Origin: Gemmatimonadota bacterium
Lineage (GTDB): Bacteria > Gemmatimonadota > Gemmatimonadetes > Longimicrobiales > Gaopeijiaceae
Length of the DNA: 64,000 nt
Assembly: GCA_039589315.1 (NCBI GenBank)
Contig: JBDHHQ010000001.1
Coordinates: forward strand, 64,001 to 128,000
Direction: 5' to 3'
Shown: piece by piece, positions 30,802 through 40,565 of the stretch
Numbering within the stretch: position 1 is the stretch's first letter
Layout: every line of letters starts with the position of its first letter
Notes under the pieces: generated by a model
Database searches by the model: none
Told to the model about the DNA's origin: nothing
The model's input: the letters and a program-made list of their open reading frames with translations, nothing else
Translations under genes and position numbers: made by a program

Positions 30802-31738
30802 TTGGGCCATCGATCCATCCCTCCCTCGCGGCCTGCCCGAGAACGGGAGGGGGACCGTGGTGACGGTGGGGACCTTCGACGGCGTGCACCGGGGGCACTG
30901 GGCCGTCCTCCAGGAGATTCGGCGGCGCGCCCAGGCGTCGGGGCGCCGCAGCGTGCTGGTGACCTTTCACCCGCATCCCCTTCGCATCGTCCGCCCGGAG
31001 GCCGCTCCCGAGCTCCTCACCACGCCCGTGGAGAAGAAGGAGATCCTGGCCGAGTCCGGTCTGGACTACGCGGTCTTCTTACCCTTTTCTCCCGCCCTCT
31101 CCCGGTATTCTCCGCGGAGGTTCGTGGAGGAGGTGCTCATCGGCCGCTTGGGGGTCCAGGAGCTGGTCATCGGCTACGATCACGGGTTCGGGCGCGGGCG
31201 ATCCGGTGACGCGGATACCCTCAGGGAGATCGGCCGGGAGCTGAGGTTCGCCGTGGACGTGGTGGGTCGCGTCCTGGCCGACGGCGACGCCGTGTCGTCG
31301 ACCCATATCCGCGCGGCCGTACGAGCCGGAGACATGGGCTCGGCCGCCCGCGGCCTGGGCCGCCCCTACGGAGTCCGTGGCCTGGTGGTCCGCGGTGACG
31401 GACGCGGCCGCACCCTCGGGTTCCCCACAGCCAACCTCGTCGTGCCGGGCGGAGACAAGCTGATCCCGCCCGAGGGCATCTACGCGGTTCGAGGCGTTCT
31501 CCGCACGGGCACCTACGGCGGGGCGCTGCACCTGGGTCCGAGGCCCACGTTTCGCGGCTCGCCGCCCACGATCGAGCTCCACCTGATGGACTTCGCGGGC
31601 GACCTGTACGGTGAGGAGGTCCGGGTGGACTTCGTGCGACGCCTCCGGGCGATTCAGCCCTTCTCGACCGTCGAGGCGCTCGTGGAACAGATGAGCCGAG
31701 ACGTTTCGCTGGCCCGCCGAGTCCTGGACGAATCTTGA
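30794..31738 (+). CDS. ribF: Bifunctional riboflavin kinase/FAD synthetase
   Basis: GTFDGVHRGH, GYDHGFG, VSSTHIR, GRTLGFPTAN. Confidence 0.96.
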   Translation: MADWAIDPSLPRGLPENGRGTVVTVGTFDGVHRGHWAVLQEIRRRAQASGRRSVLVTFHPHPLRIVRPEAAPELLTTPVEKKEILAESGLDYAVFLPFSPALSRYSPRRFVEEVLIGRLGVQELVIGYDHGFGRGRSGDADTLREIGRELRFAVDVVGRVLADGDAVSSTHIRAAVRAGDMGSAARGLGRPYGVRGLVVRGDGRGRTLGFPTANLVVPGGDKLIPPEGIYAVRGVLRTGTYGGALHLGPRPTFRGSPPTIELHLMDFAGDLYGEEVRVDFVRRLRAIQPFSTVEALVEQMSRDVSLARRVLDES

Positions 31739-31838
31739 GGGAGCGACGCGACCGTCCCGAGCGAGGCCGGTCGGAAAGCCAGTGCGCCCCCTCTGACGGC
31801 CCAGGGTTGGCGCGCCGGGTCGGACGTGGTGCCCCTCC

Positions 31839-31867
31839 TTGAAGCGGTATGCCGGTTTGGCTAGCTT
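31839..31867 (+). promoter_or_regulatory. Sigma70-type promoter of rpsO
   Basis: TTGAAG-N17-TAGCTT followed by an AT-rich leader. Confidence 0.55.
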
Positions 31868-31933
31868 AAAGGGCTTACATTCAAACGAAAACCGCGCTTC
31901 CCTTGCAGCGCAGACTCCTGCGGAGGCCACGTC

Positions 31934-32191
31934 ATGATCGACAAAGACGCCATCATCAAGAAGTACCAGCTCCACGACAAGGACCGGGGAAGCGCTCCCG
32001 TGCAGGTCGCGATTCTCACCTCGCGCATCAACGATCTCCGGAGCCATTTCGACAGTCACAAGAAGGACCATCACAGCCGCCGCGGGCTCCTCAAGATGGT
32101 GGGACGCCGCCGGCGGCTTCTGGAGTACCTCCGGCGGACCGACGTCGAACGCTATCGAGCGCTCATCAAGGACCTCGGACTGCGCCACTAG
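31934..32191 (+). CDS. rpsO: 30S ribosomal protein S15
   Basis: [33 protein letters not shown]. Confidence 0.98.
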   Translation: MIDKDAIIKKYQLHDKDRGSAPVQVAILTSRINDLRSHFDSHKKDHHSRRGLLKMVGRRRRLLEYLRRTDVERYRALIKDLGLRH

Positions 32192-32209
32192 CGACGTTCG
32201 CCCGAGATC

Positions 32210-32247
32210 GACGGCGACGGCCGAACGAGCCGCCGCCGTCCTTTCTT
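32210..32247 (+). terminator. rpsO terminator
   Basis: GACGGCGACGGC/GCCGCCGCCGTC stem (11 of 12 pairs) then CTTTCTT. Confidence 0.65.
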
Positions 32248-32420
32248 GAGACGAGGATCGACGGGGCGGGGGCAAACACGTACCCCGAACGGCAAAGCAT
32301 GCAGGAACGCAGGAACACGCAGAGGCCACGCGTAGAGAGACGCTACCGTGGAGACGTTGAAACCAACCGCAACGAAGCGGAAATCAAAAGCGAAGAAGCG
32401 GAAAGAAGAAAGCGGAAGAG

Positions 32421-34562
32421 ATGATTCAAAGGATCGAACGCAAGTTCGCGGGTCGGAATCTGACCCTTGAAGTAGGACGCATGGCCAAGCTGGCCCATGG
32501 CTCGTGCCTGGTCCAGTTCGGCGAGACCGTAGTGTTGTGCGCCGTGACGGTGCAGCCGCGGACCACCCACCTCCCGTTCTTCCCCATGACGGTGGAATAC
32601 CGGGAGAAGACCTACGCGGCAGGGAAGATCCCCGGCGGGTTCTTCAAGAGGGAGGGCCGGCCCGGCGAGAAGGAGATTCTGGCGGCTCGCCTCACGGACC
32701 GTCCGCTGCGGCCTCTGTTCCCGGACGGGTTCATGAACGAGACGCAGATCGTCTGTTACGTGCTCAGCGCCGACCAGGAGAACGACGCCGACGTGCTGGC
32801 CCTGCTGGGCGCGTCGGTTTCGCTCAACATGTCCCCCATTCCCTTCAACACACTCGTGGCGTCGGTGCGGATCGGCCGCATCCAGGGCAACTGGGTTCTC
32901 AACCCCACGTTCCAGCAGCTCGAGTACTCCGACGTCGACATGATCGTCGCCGGCTCGCGCGACGCCATCACCATGGTGGAGGGGGGAGCCGTCGAAGTGC
33001 CCGAGGAGGACATCCTCGAGGGTCTCCAGGTCGCGCATGACGGAATCCGCGAGCTGATCGACATCCAGGACGAGCTCATTCGTGAGCTCAGAGTCCCCGA
33101 CATGGAGTGGACCTCCGTGGCTCCGGATCAGGCTCTGGCGGCCAAGGTCGAGGCCATGGCCGAGGCCCGGGTGTCCGAGGCCCTCGGGCTGCGCGACAAG
33201 CAGGAGCGCAACCAGGCCATGGCGGCCGTCGAGGAGGACGTCATCTCCCACCTCGTGGAGGAAGACGAGGCGTGGGCCGAGCACGAGAAGGACGTGCGAA
33301 CCATCCTCCGCTCCATCGAGAAGAATTCGATGCGAGCCCGGATCTTGGATCAGGGCGAGCGGGCCGACGGCCGCGGCGTGGATGAGGTGCGAGCCATATC
33401 GGCCGAGGTCGGGATCCTGCCTCGGACCCACGGTTCGTCGCTGTTCACACGCGGTCAAACCCAGGCCCTGGGGGTCGTCACGCTGGGCTCGTCGCGTGAC
33501 GAGCAGCGCATCGACAGCATCGACTCTCACGAGGAGCAGACGAAGTCGTTCATGCTCCACTACAACTTCCCACCGTTCTCGGTGGGCGAGGCCCGGCCGT
33601 TCCGGGGCACGTCGCGTCGCGAGGTCGGGCACGGGAACCTGGCGGAGCGGGCGATCCAGCCTCTCCTTCCCGCCTACGACGAGTTCCCGTACACGATCCG
33701 GATCGTCTCCGACATCCTGGAGTCCAACGGATCGTCTTCCATGGCGACCGTGTGCGCGTCTTCGCTGTCTCTCATGGATGCGGGCGTACCCATCCAGGGG
33801 GCCTGCGCCGGCGTGGCCATGGGCCTGATCAAGGAGCAGGACCGGGTCGCCATCCTCACCGATATCCTGGGCCTCGAGGACGCGCTGGGCGACATGGACT
33901 TCAAGGTGGCCGGCACCCGGGGCGGCGTCACCTCGATCCAGATGGACATCAAGATCGAGGGGCTCACGGTGGACATCCTCACGGAGGCGCTGACCCGGGC
34001 TCGGGCAGCCCGCATGCGCATCCTGGACGTCATGGACGAGACCATCTCCGAGGCCCGGAGCGACCTCTCGGTGCACGCCCCGCGGATCGTGTCGATCCAG
34101 ATCAATCCCGAGAAGATCGGCGAGATCATCGGACCCAAGGGCAAGACCATCCGGGCGATCCAGGACGAGTCCGGCGCCCAGATCGACATCGAGGACTCGG
34201 GCCTGGTGAAGGTCGCCGCCGTGTCGGGCGATTCGCTCCAGCGGGCCCGCGAGATGATCGAGGCCATCGTGCAGGAGCCGGAGGTGGGTCGCATCTACGA
34301 GGGGACCGTGAAGAACACGACCTCGTTCGGCGCCTTCGTAGAGATCCTGCCCGGGACGGAGGGACTCTGCCACATCTCCGAGCTCGAGGATGGCCGAGTC
34401 GAGAAGACCGAGGACGTGCTCAACAAGGGCGATCTCACCAAGGTCAAGCTCCTCTCCATCGACGAGAAGGGTCGTCTTCGCCTGTCGCGCCGGGCCGCGC
34501 TGGCCGAGGAGGCCGAAGCGGAGGCAGCCGAGGCCGGGGCAGGAGCCGAGCAGCCCGCTTGA
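32421..34562 (+). CDS. pnp: Polyribonucleotide nucleotidyltransferase
   Basis: AGKIPGGFFKREG, RTHGSSLFTRGQTQ, ESNGSSSMA, GDMDFKVAG, KH and S1 domains. Confidence 0.98.
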   Translation: MIQRIERKFAGRNLTLEVGRMAKLAHGSCLVQFGETVVLCAVTVQPRTTHLPFFPMTVEYREKTYAAGKIPGGFFKREGRPGEKEILAARLTDRPLRPLFPDGFMNETQIVCYVLSADQENDADVLALLGASVSLNMSPIPFNTLVASVRIGRIQGNWVLNPTFQQLEYSDVDMIVAGSRDAITMVEGGAVEVPEEDILEGLQVAHDGIRELIDIQDELIRELRVPDMEWTSVAPDQALAAKVEAMAEARVSEALGLRDKQERNQAMAAVEEDVISHLVEEDEAWAEHEKDVRTILRSIEKNSMRARILDQGERADGRGVDEVRAISAEVGILPRTHGSSLFTRGQTQALGVVTLGSSRDEQRIDSIDSHEEQTKSFMLHYNFPPFSVGEARPFRGTSRREVGHGNLAERAIQPLLPAYDEFPYTIRIVSDILESNGSSSMATVCASSLSLMDAGVPIQGACAGVAMGLIKEQDRVAILTDILGLEDALGDMDFKVAGTRGGVTSIQMDIKIEGLTVDILTEALTRARAARMRILDVMDETISEARSDLSVHAPRIVSIQINPEKIGEIIGPKGKTIRAIQDESGAQIDIEDSGLVKVAAVSGDSLQRAREMIEAIVQEPEVGRIYEGTVKNTTSFGAFVEILPGTEGLCHISELEDGRVEKTEDVLNKGDLTKVKLLSIDEKGRLRLSRRAALAEEAEAEAAEAGAGAEQPA

Positions 34563-34702
34563 GGCGACCGAAGAACGGAATCATGCCCGAGGGCGGATCC
34601 GGACGGGGGCACGGGCTTCGGCCCGTGCCCCCGTCGCGCGCCGGTACGGAGCGGGCTCAGACCGCCACCGCCCCCAGGCTGGCCGGGCGTCACACGGGGG
34701 TC

Positions 34703-35926
34703 ATGGCGGCCAGCCGGCTGGCCAACGGCGTCGAGGTCCTGACCGAAACCCTCCCCGGCGTCCGATCTGCCGCCGTGGGGGCTTGGGTCCGCCACGGGTC
34801 CGCTCACGAGGGCGCCGAGCACATGGGTGCGAGCCATCTCCTGGAGCACATGGTGTTCAAGGGCACGGAGCAGCGCTCGGCCCGGGAGATCGCGCTGGCC
34901 CTGGAGAGCCTCGGCGGGTCGCTGGACGCCTACACGAGCCGTGAGCAGACCTCTTTCCAGGCCAGGGTGCTCGACGAGCACCTACCCCAAGCTCTGGACG
35001 TGCTGGCGGATCTGGTTCGCTCCCCTCGACTCGACGAAGGGGACCTGGCCCTGGAGAAGGACGTGGTCCTGGAGGAGATCTCCATGGTCGAGGACACGCC
35101 CGACGACCTCGTCTTCGAGCTCCACGGAGCCCGTCTCTGGGGCGCCCATCCTTACGGGCACTCCATCCTGGGCACGCGCGACACGGTAGGAGCCATGACC
35201 GCGGAGACTCTCCGCGAGCTGCACGGTAGGGCCTACGGTGGTGGGAACCTGGTGGTGGCGGCTGCGGGTAACGTGGAGCACGACCGGGTCCGAGGCCGGG
35301 TCGAGGAGCTGTTCGGGGACCTTGCGCCGGTCCGGAGACAGCCCCTGCCCTCCGCTCCTCAGCCCACCTCCTGGGGCGAGGACCGGGTCGTCAGGCCGGG
35401 CGCCCAGTCGCACCTCGTGTTCGGGACCGCCATCCCGGGCCATTCGGACCCGGCACGCTACGCGCTCGTCATCCTGTCGGCCGCTCTGGGTGGGGGCATG
35501 AGCTCTCGGCTCTTCCAGAGGATTCGGGAAGAGCTGGCGCTGTGCTACACGGTCTTCACCTACCAGTCGTTCTACTCCCGCGCCGGCGTGAGCGGTCTCT
35601 ACCTGGGCACCCGACCGGAGTGGACCGACCGGGCGGCAGAAGCGGCGCGCGAGGAGCTCGAGCGGGTGGCCCGGACGGGGCTGTCGGCGGAGGAGTTGGG
35701 GCGCACGAAGCAGCAGGTCAAGGGGCACGTCATGCTGTCGCTCGAGTCGTCCGGCTCCCGGCTGCACCGACTGGCCGGGTTCGCCCTCTACGACGAGCCC
35801 TTCGCTACGCTGGACGAGACGCTGGCCCGCATCGACGCCGTGACGCTGGAGCAGGTTCGGGAGGTCGCCGGGCGGTACTTCTCACCCAATCGCCACCTGC
35901 TCCTTCGCCTCGGACCCGACGGCTGA
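34703..35926 (+). CDS. M16 family zinc peptidase
   Basis: Inverted zincin HLLEH(MVFKGT), LGGGMSSRLFQRIRE; alternative start 34583. Confidence 0.93.
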   Translation: MAASRLANGVEVLTETLPGVRSAAVGAWVRHGSAHEGAEHMGASHLLEHMVFKGTEQRSAREIALALESLGGSLDAYTSREQTSFQARVLDEHLPQALDVLADLVRSPRLDEGDLALEKDVVLEEISMVEDTPDDLVFELHGARLWGAHPYGHSILGTRDTVGAMTAETLRELHGRAYGGGNLVVAAAGNVEHDRVRGRVEELFGDLAPVRRQPLPSAPQPTSWGEDRVVRPGAQSHLVFGTAIPGHSDPARYALVILSAALGGGMSSRLFQRIREELALCYTVFTYQSFYSRAGVSGLYLGTRPEWTDRAAEAAREELERVARTGLSAEELGRTKQQVKGHVMLSLESSGSRLHRLAGFALYDEPFATLDETLARIDAVTLEQVREVAGRYFSPNRHLLLRLGPDG

Positions 35927-36069
35927 TCCCGGGTCGAAACCCGCAGGCAGCCGGGGTCGCGTCGGGCGTCGCCATTCCGTAGAATAGCGCGTCTCTCGAC
36001 CGAGCCCTTCGCTGGCCGCGAACCGGCCGACGATCGGACGCGATCCACCCCGTAACAGAGCGGCGTTCC

Positions 36070-37200
36070 ATGCTGATTGGCGTACCCAAAGAGATCAAGA
36101 CCGACGAATACCGGGTGGCCCTCACACCGGCCGGCGCCGAGGCGCTGGTGGGTGCCGGGCACTCGCCGATGCTGGAGGCAGGTGCCGGGGTCGGGAGCGG
36201 GTTCACGGACGACTACTATGCGGCTGCCGGGGCCGAGATCGTGGACACGGCCGAGGAGGTCTGGGCTCGCGCCGAGATGATCATGAAGGTGAAGGAGCCC
36301 ATCGAGCCCGAGTGGCCACGCATGCGGCAGGATCTGGTCGTCTTCACGTACTTCCACTTCGCCGCCTCGGAGGCGCTGACCAAGGCGTGCTTGGATTCGG
36401 GGGCGGTGTGCATCGCCTACGAGACCGTGGAGCTGCCGTCGAAAGAGCTGCCGTTGCTGACGCCCATGAGCGAGGTCGCCGGTCGCATGGCCGTCCAGGA
36501 AGGGGCCAAGTACCTGGAGAAGCCCTCCGGGGGCAGTGGCGTGCTGCTGGGTGGGGTGCCGGGAGTGCTGCCTGGGAAGGTGCTGATCCTGGGTGGCGGC
36601 GTCGTGGGGACGCACGCGGCGCGGATCGCTGCCGGCATGGGGGCGCGTGTGAGCATCATGGACATCGACCTCACCCGGCTGCGCTACCTCGAGGAGGTGA
36701 TGCCCGCCAACGTGCGGCTCCTCTACTCCACGCGGTACGCCATCCGCAAGCAGCTGCAGGACTCCGACCTGGTCATCGGGGCCGTGCTCCTCCACGGCAA
36801 GAAGGCCCCGTCGCTGGTCATGAGGGAGGACCTCGGCACCATGCGGCCGGGCTCGGTCATCGTGGACGTGGCGGTCGACCAGGGAGGGTGCGTCGAGACG
36901 ATCCGCCCCACGACCCACGAGGATCCCACGTACATCGTGGATGACGTGATCCACTACGGCGTGGCGAACATGCCGGGGGGCGTGCCGCGCACGAGCACCC
37001 TGGCGCTGACCAACGCCACGCTGCCCTACGCCCTCACGTTGGCCGATCGGGGGTGGCAGACCGCCTGCTCGGCGGATCGGGCTCTGGCGCTGGGCGTCAA
37101 CGTCGTCGAGGGTCGCGTGACGTACCCGGGAGTCGCGGAGGCCTTCGGCATGGACTGCCACGACCTCGAGCGGTTCCTCGCTCCTCCTGTCCAGGCGTGA
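36070..37200 (+). CDS. ald: Alanine dehydrogenase
   Basis: [33 protein letters not shown]. Confidence 0.96.
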   Translation: MLIGVPKEIKTDEYRVALTPAGAEALVGAGHSPMLEAGAGVGSGFTDDYYAAAGAEIVDTAEEVWARAEMIMKVKEPIEPEWPRMRQDLVVFTYFHFAASEALTKACLDSGAVCIAYETVELPSKELPLLTPMSEVAGRMAVQEGAKYLEKPSGGSGVLLGGVPGVLPGKVLILGGGVVGTHAARIAAGMGARVSIMDIDLTRLRYLEEVMPANVRLLYSTRYAIRKQLQDSDLVIGAVLLHGKKAPSLVMREDLGTMRPGSVIVDVAVDQGGCVETIRPTTHEDPTYIVDDVIHYGVANMPGGVPRTSTLALTNATLPYALTLADRGWQTACSADRALALGVNVVEGRVTYPGVAEAFGMDCHDLERFLAPPVQA

Positions 37201-37661
37201 CCGCCGCAGCCCGCGACGGGGGCGGCGTGCGGTTTCGGCGCCTCGAGACCAACCCCGACCTGCCCCTTCCCACGCGGGCTACGCCTCACGCTGCGGGCTA
37301 CGACGTGCGGTCGGTCGAGGGCGACTTCGTCCTGGAGCCAGGCGCGATCCGAGCCGTAGCAACGGGCCTGGTGATGGAGCTGCCGGAGGGCGTCGAGTGC
37401 CAGGTCCGCCCGCGCTCCGGTCTCGCTGCCCGGCATGGGATCACGGTGCCCAACAGCCCCGGAACCATCGATCCCGACTACCGCGGCGAGGTGAAGGTGC
37501 TGCTCATGAACCTCGGCGCCGAGGCCGTGACCATTCACCGGGGTGAGCGGGTGGCTCAGCTGGTGTTCGCGCGCTTCGAGACCCTGGAAGTGACGGAGGC
37601 CGTGGCGCTCACCGTCACCGAGCGGGGCGCCGCAGGGTTCGGCAGCACGGGCCGTGCGTGA
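37197..37661 (+). CDS. dut: dUTP diphosphatase
   Basis: AGYD, RPRSGLA, PGTIDPDYRGE, RVAQL, RGAAGFGSTG. Confidence 0.96.
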   Translation: MTAAARDGGGVRFRRLETNPDLPLPTRATPHAAGYDVRSVEGDFVLEPGAIRAVATGLVMELPEGVECQVRPRSGLAARHGITVPNSPGTIDPDYRGEVKVLLMNLGAEAVTIHRGERVAQLVFARFETLEVTEAVALTVTERGAAGFGSTGRA

Positions 37662-37938
37662 TCGCGACCGCTCGCAGGCCGTCCCCGATGGAGAGTGAGG
37701 CGTTGCTGCGACAGGCCTGGAACGGGCGAGTTCGAGCTGAGATAAAACCTGATATCAGGGATATTAAGATGCTGTGTTGGAATAAAATACGGCACCGTGT
37801 ATTCCAGGCTGCCGCAGGTGCGTCACGCTTGCATGCGATGCCTCGGCGGTTGTAGCTTGAGGCCCATCGGCCGATACCGGAAGACGAAGTGCTCGCATCA
37901 CTTCCACGCCCTTGGTTGGGGCCTGATCCCGCGACAGG

Positions 37939-38982
37939 TTGTCCTCTTTGGCACGCTGGCTGGACTCGGGGCGGCTCATCCCCGTAAACGACATCGCCGT
38001 AGACCTCGGCACCGCCAACACCCTCGTATACGTGAAAGGCGAGGGCATCGTCCTGAACGAGCCGTCGGTAGTGGCCGTGGAGAAGGGCCGCCGGCGCATC
38101 ATGGGCATCGGCCTCGAGGCCAAGCGCATGCTCGGCCGGACCCCTGAAGGGATCGAAGCCGTCCGTCCCCTCAAGGACGGCGTGATCGCCGACGTGGACG
38201 TGACCGAGATGATGCTGCGGCACTTCTTGAAGCAGGTCACGGCCAAGCGCATCTTCCGCATCAAGCCTCGGGTGGTGGTCGGAGTCCCGTCGGGGATCAC
38301 GGAGCTGGAGCGGCGCGCCGTCCGCTCGTCGGCCATGGCCGCAGGCGCGAAGGCGGTATACATGGTGGCCGAGCCCATGGCAGCGGCCATCGGTGTGGGC
38401 CTCCCAGTCGAGACCCCCACGGGCAACATGGTCATCGACATCGGCGGCGGGACGACCGAGATCGCGGTCATCGCGCTGTCCGGCATCGTGTCCAACACGT
38501 CGATCCGAATCGGCGGGGACGAGCTGGACTCATCCATCGTGACCTTCCTTCGAAAGAACTACAACCTGCTGATCGGCGAGCCCACGGCGGAGGCGATCAA
38601 GATACAGATCGGCTCGGCCTTCGACTTCGGCGAAGAGCGGGAGATGGAGGTGAAGGGCCGGGACCTGGTCAGTGGGATTCCCAAGACCGTGACGGTCCAC
38701 TCCCAGGAGATCAGGGAGTGTATCCAGGAGCCTATCCAGGGCATCGTGGAAGCCGTGCGCCGTGCGCTGGAGATCACACCGCCGGAGCTCTCGTCCGACA
38801 TCGTGGACCGCGGCATCGTCATGACGGGCGGTGGGGCGTTGATTCGCGGCCTCGACGAGCTCCTCGCCCACGAGACCAACCTGCCCATCCACGTCGACGA
38901 GGAACCCCTCACCTGCGTGGTTCGGGGAGCGGGACGGATCCTGGACGACTTCCAGAAGTACAGGTCTGTGCTAACCACCTGA
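37939..38982 (+). CDS. mreB: Rod shape-determining protein MreB
   Basis: DLGTANT, NEPSVVA, RPLKDGVIAD, DIGGGTTE, TGGGALI. Confidence 0.97.
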   Translation: MSSLARWLDSGRLIPVNDIAVDLGTANTLVYVKGEGIVLNEPSVVAVEKGRRRIMGIGLEAKRMLGRTPEGIEAVRPLKDGVIADVDVTEMMLRHFLKQVTAKRIFRIKPRVVVGVPSGITELERRAVRSSAMAAGAKAVYMVAEPMAAAIGVGLPVETPTGNMVIDIGGGTTEIAVIALSGIVSNTSIRIGGDELDSSIVTFLRKNYNLLIGEPTAEAIKIQIGSAFDFGEEREMEVKGRDLVSGIPKTVTVHSQEIRECIQEPIQGIVEAVRRALEITPPELSSDIVDRGIVMTGGGALIRGLDELLAHETNLPIHVDEEPLTCVVRGAGRILDDFQKYRSVLTT

Positions 38983-39108
38983 TGCTCGAGTCCTCCCCGG
39001 GTCAACCGCGGTCCCGGGAGTCGGGATCGACCCTCTGGCCCGACGGAGCCCGGGTGCTCGATCAGGCAGGACCGTACACGGACCGCGGCCGCGCCCCCGA
39101 AGCGTAGC

Positions 39109-40092
39109 ATGGCGTTTAACGGAGATCCCACCGAACGGGCCGAGCGCCGGCATCTCATCCTGGCGAGCGCCTTCTTCGTCCTCTCTCTGGTGGCTCTGAG
39201 CATTCCCTCACCCGCACAGCAACAGATCGCCACCGTCCTCCGTCTGACCGTGCTCCATCCGTTCGTGGTGATGCAGCGATCGGTCAACGGCGCTCGGCTG
39301 CGGGCCGTGGAAAACGCCCAGCTGAGGGCCCAGCTGGATACGCTGGTGGCGCTCATGTCCAACACCGGATCACTGGCCGAGGAGAACCGGCGCCTCCGGG
39401 GGCTCATGCAGTTGGGTGGGCGTCTCGGCGCGAGCTACAGATCCGCCAGCGTCACCCGGTCCGGGACCCCCGGCTCGGAGAGCGTGTTCGTGATCGACCT
39501 GGGGGCTCGGGACGGAGTTCGACCCGGCGCTCCCGTACTGATGCGGGACGGACTGGTGGGGAAGGTCATCGACGTGCGCAGGAGCGAGTCCAGCGCCATG
39601 GACTGGACCCACCCGGACTTTCGGGCCTCGGCCATGACGGCGGAGGGAGACGCCTACGGGATCGTGGAGCCGGATCGCGGGTCGTTCCGGGAAGAAGACC
39701 GCTTGCTCCTGAACGGCATCGCGTTCTTCACCGAGTTGGACCCGGGGACGGCGGTCGTGACGAGCGGGCGGGGTGGCGTCTTCCCCCGGGGTGTTCCCAT
39801 CGGCACGATCGTCGAGCTCAACGAGGCCGACGCCCGCTGGCGCAGGAGCTACTGGCTTCGGCCGGCGGCCGAGCCGGCGTCCGCCCTCCACGTGCTCGTG
39901 GCGGTCGAGGGTGGCTTTGCGCGCACCGACCTGGGGAGGGCCTTTTCGGACGACAGCGGCCCTGAGTCGCGGGCCCCCCTGGGCAGTGACACGACGGACC
40001 CCGGGCCGGATAACGAGCAGTCGGCGGCGGAACGGATGCGACCCGTTCCCCTCGCTCCCACGTCCGACAGCACCGGTGGCGGCGCGCTGTGA
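39109..40092 (+). CDS. mreC: Rod shape-determining protein MreC
   Basis: N-terminal TM, ENRRLRGLM coiled coil, [22 protein letters not shown]. Confidence 0.92.
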   Translation: MAFNGDPTERAERRHLILASAFFVLSLVALSIPSPAQQQIATVLRLTVLHPFVVMQRSVNGARLRAVENAQLRAQLDTLVALMSNTGSLAEENRRLRGLMQLGGRLGASYRSASVTRSGTPGSESVFVIDLGARDGVRPGAPVLMRDGLVGKVIDVRRSESSAMDWTHPDFRASAMTAEGDAYGIVEPDRGSFREEDRLLLNGIAFFTELDPGTAVVTSGRGGVFPRGVPIGTIVELNEADARWRRSYWLRPAAEPASALHVLVAVEGGFARTDLGRAFSDDSGPESRAPLGSDTTDPGPDNEQSAAERMRPVPLAPTSDSTGGGAL

Positions 40093-40565
40093 GGATCGAC
40101 TGGAAGGTATGGGGTACGGTAACCTTTCTGGTCCTCCTGCATTTCGGACTGCACACGGGCTTCGGGTTGGGTGCCGTAGCGCCGGATCTGTTGAGCGTGG
40201 CGTTGCTCGTGGTGGCGCGGGAGGTGGGCACGGGAACCGGGGCCGGCATCGGCTTCGGCTTCGGCCTTTTGGAAGACGCGTTCTCTGCGCTGGCCTTCGG
40301 TGCCAATGCCGTCGCCATGACCGTGGTGGGTGCGCTGGGAACTCGGACGCGGGATCTGTTCGTGGGCGATTCGATCTACTTCCTCCCTTCCTACTTCTTC
40401 GCCGGGAAGTGGCTGAAAGACCTCGTCTACTGGATGGCCGCCGGTGATGCCGTGCGTGGCCCCTTCGTCCAGGAGATCCTGGTGGAGTCGCCCGTGGCCG
40501 CCGTGTATGCGGCCGTCGTAGGCACCGTGGTGGCCACTGTGACGGGAGCCGGTTGGAGAACCTGA
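40089..40565 (+). CDS. mreD: Rod shape-determining protein MreD
   Basis: Hydrophobic; PDL, GFGFGLLED; between mreC and mrdA. Confidence 0.88.
   Translation: MRIDWKVWGTVTFLVLLHFGLHTGFGLGAVAPDLLSVALLVVAREVGTGTGAGIGFGFGLLEDAFSALAFGANAVAMTVVGALGTRTRDLFVGDSIYFLPSYFFAGKWLKDLVYWMAAGDAVRGPFVQEILVESPVAAVYAAVVGTVVATVTGAGWRT

Noticed and set aside
33752..35926. Apparent 724-aa M16 peptidase overlapping pnp
   Set aside because: Upstream part is an off-frame read of pnp; homology starts near 34703
37815..37835. Possible sigma54 promoter near TTGCA upstream of mreB
   Set aside because: The -24 position reads TG, not the required GG
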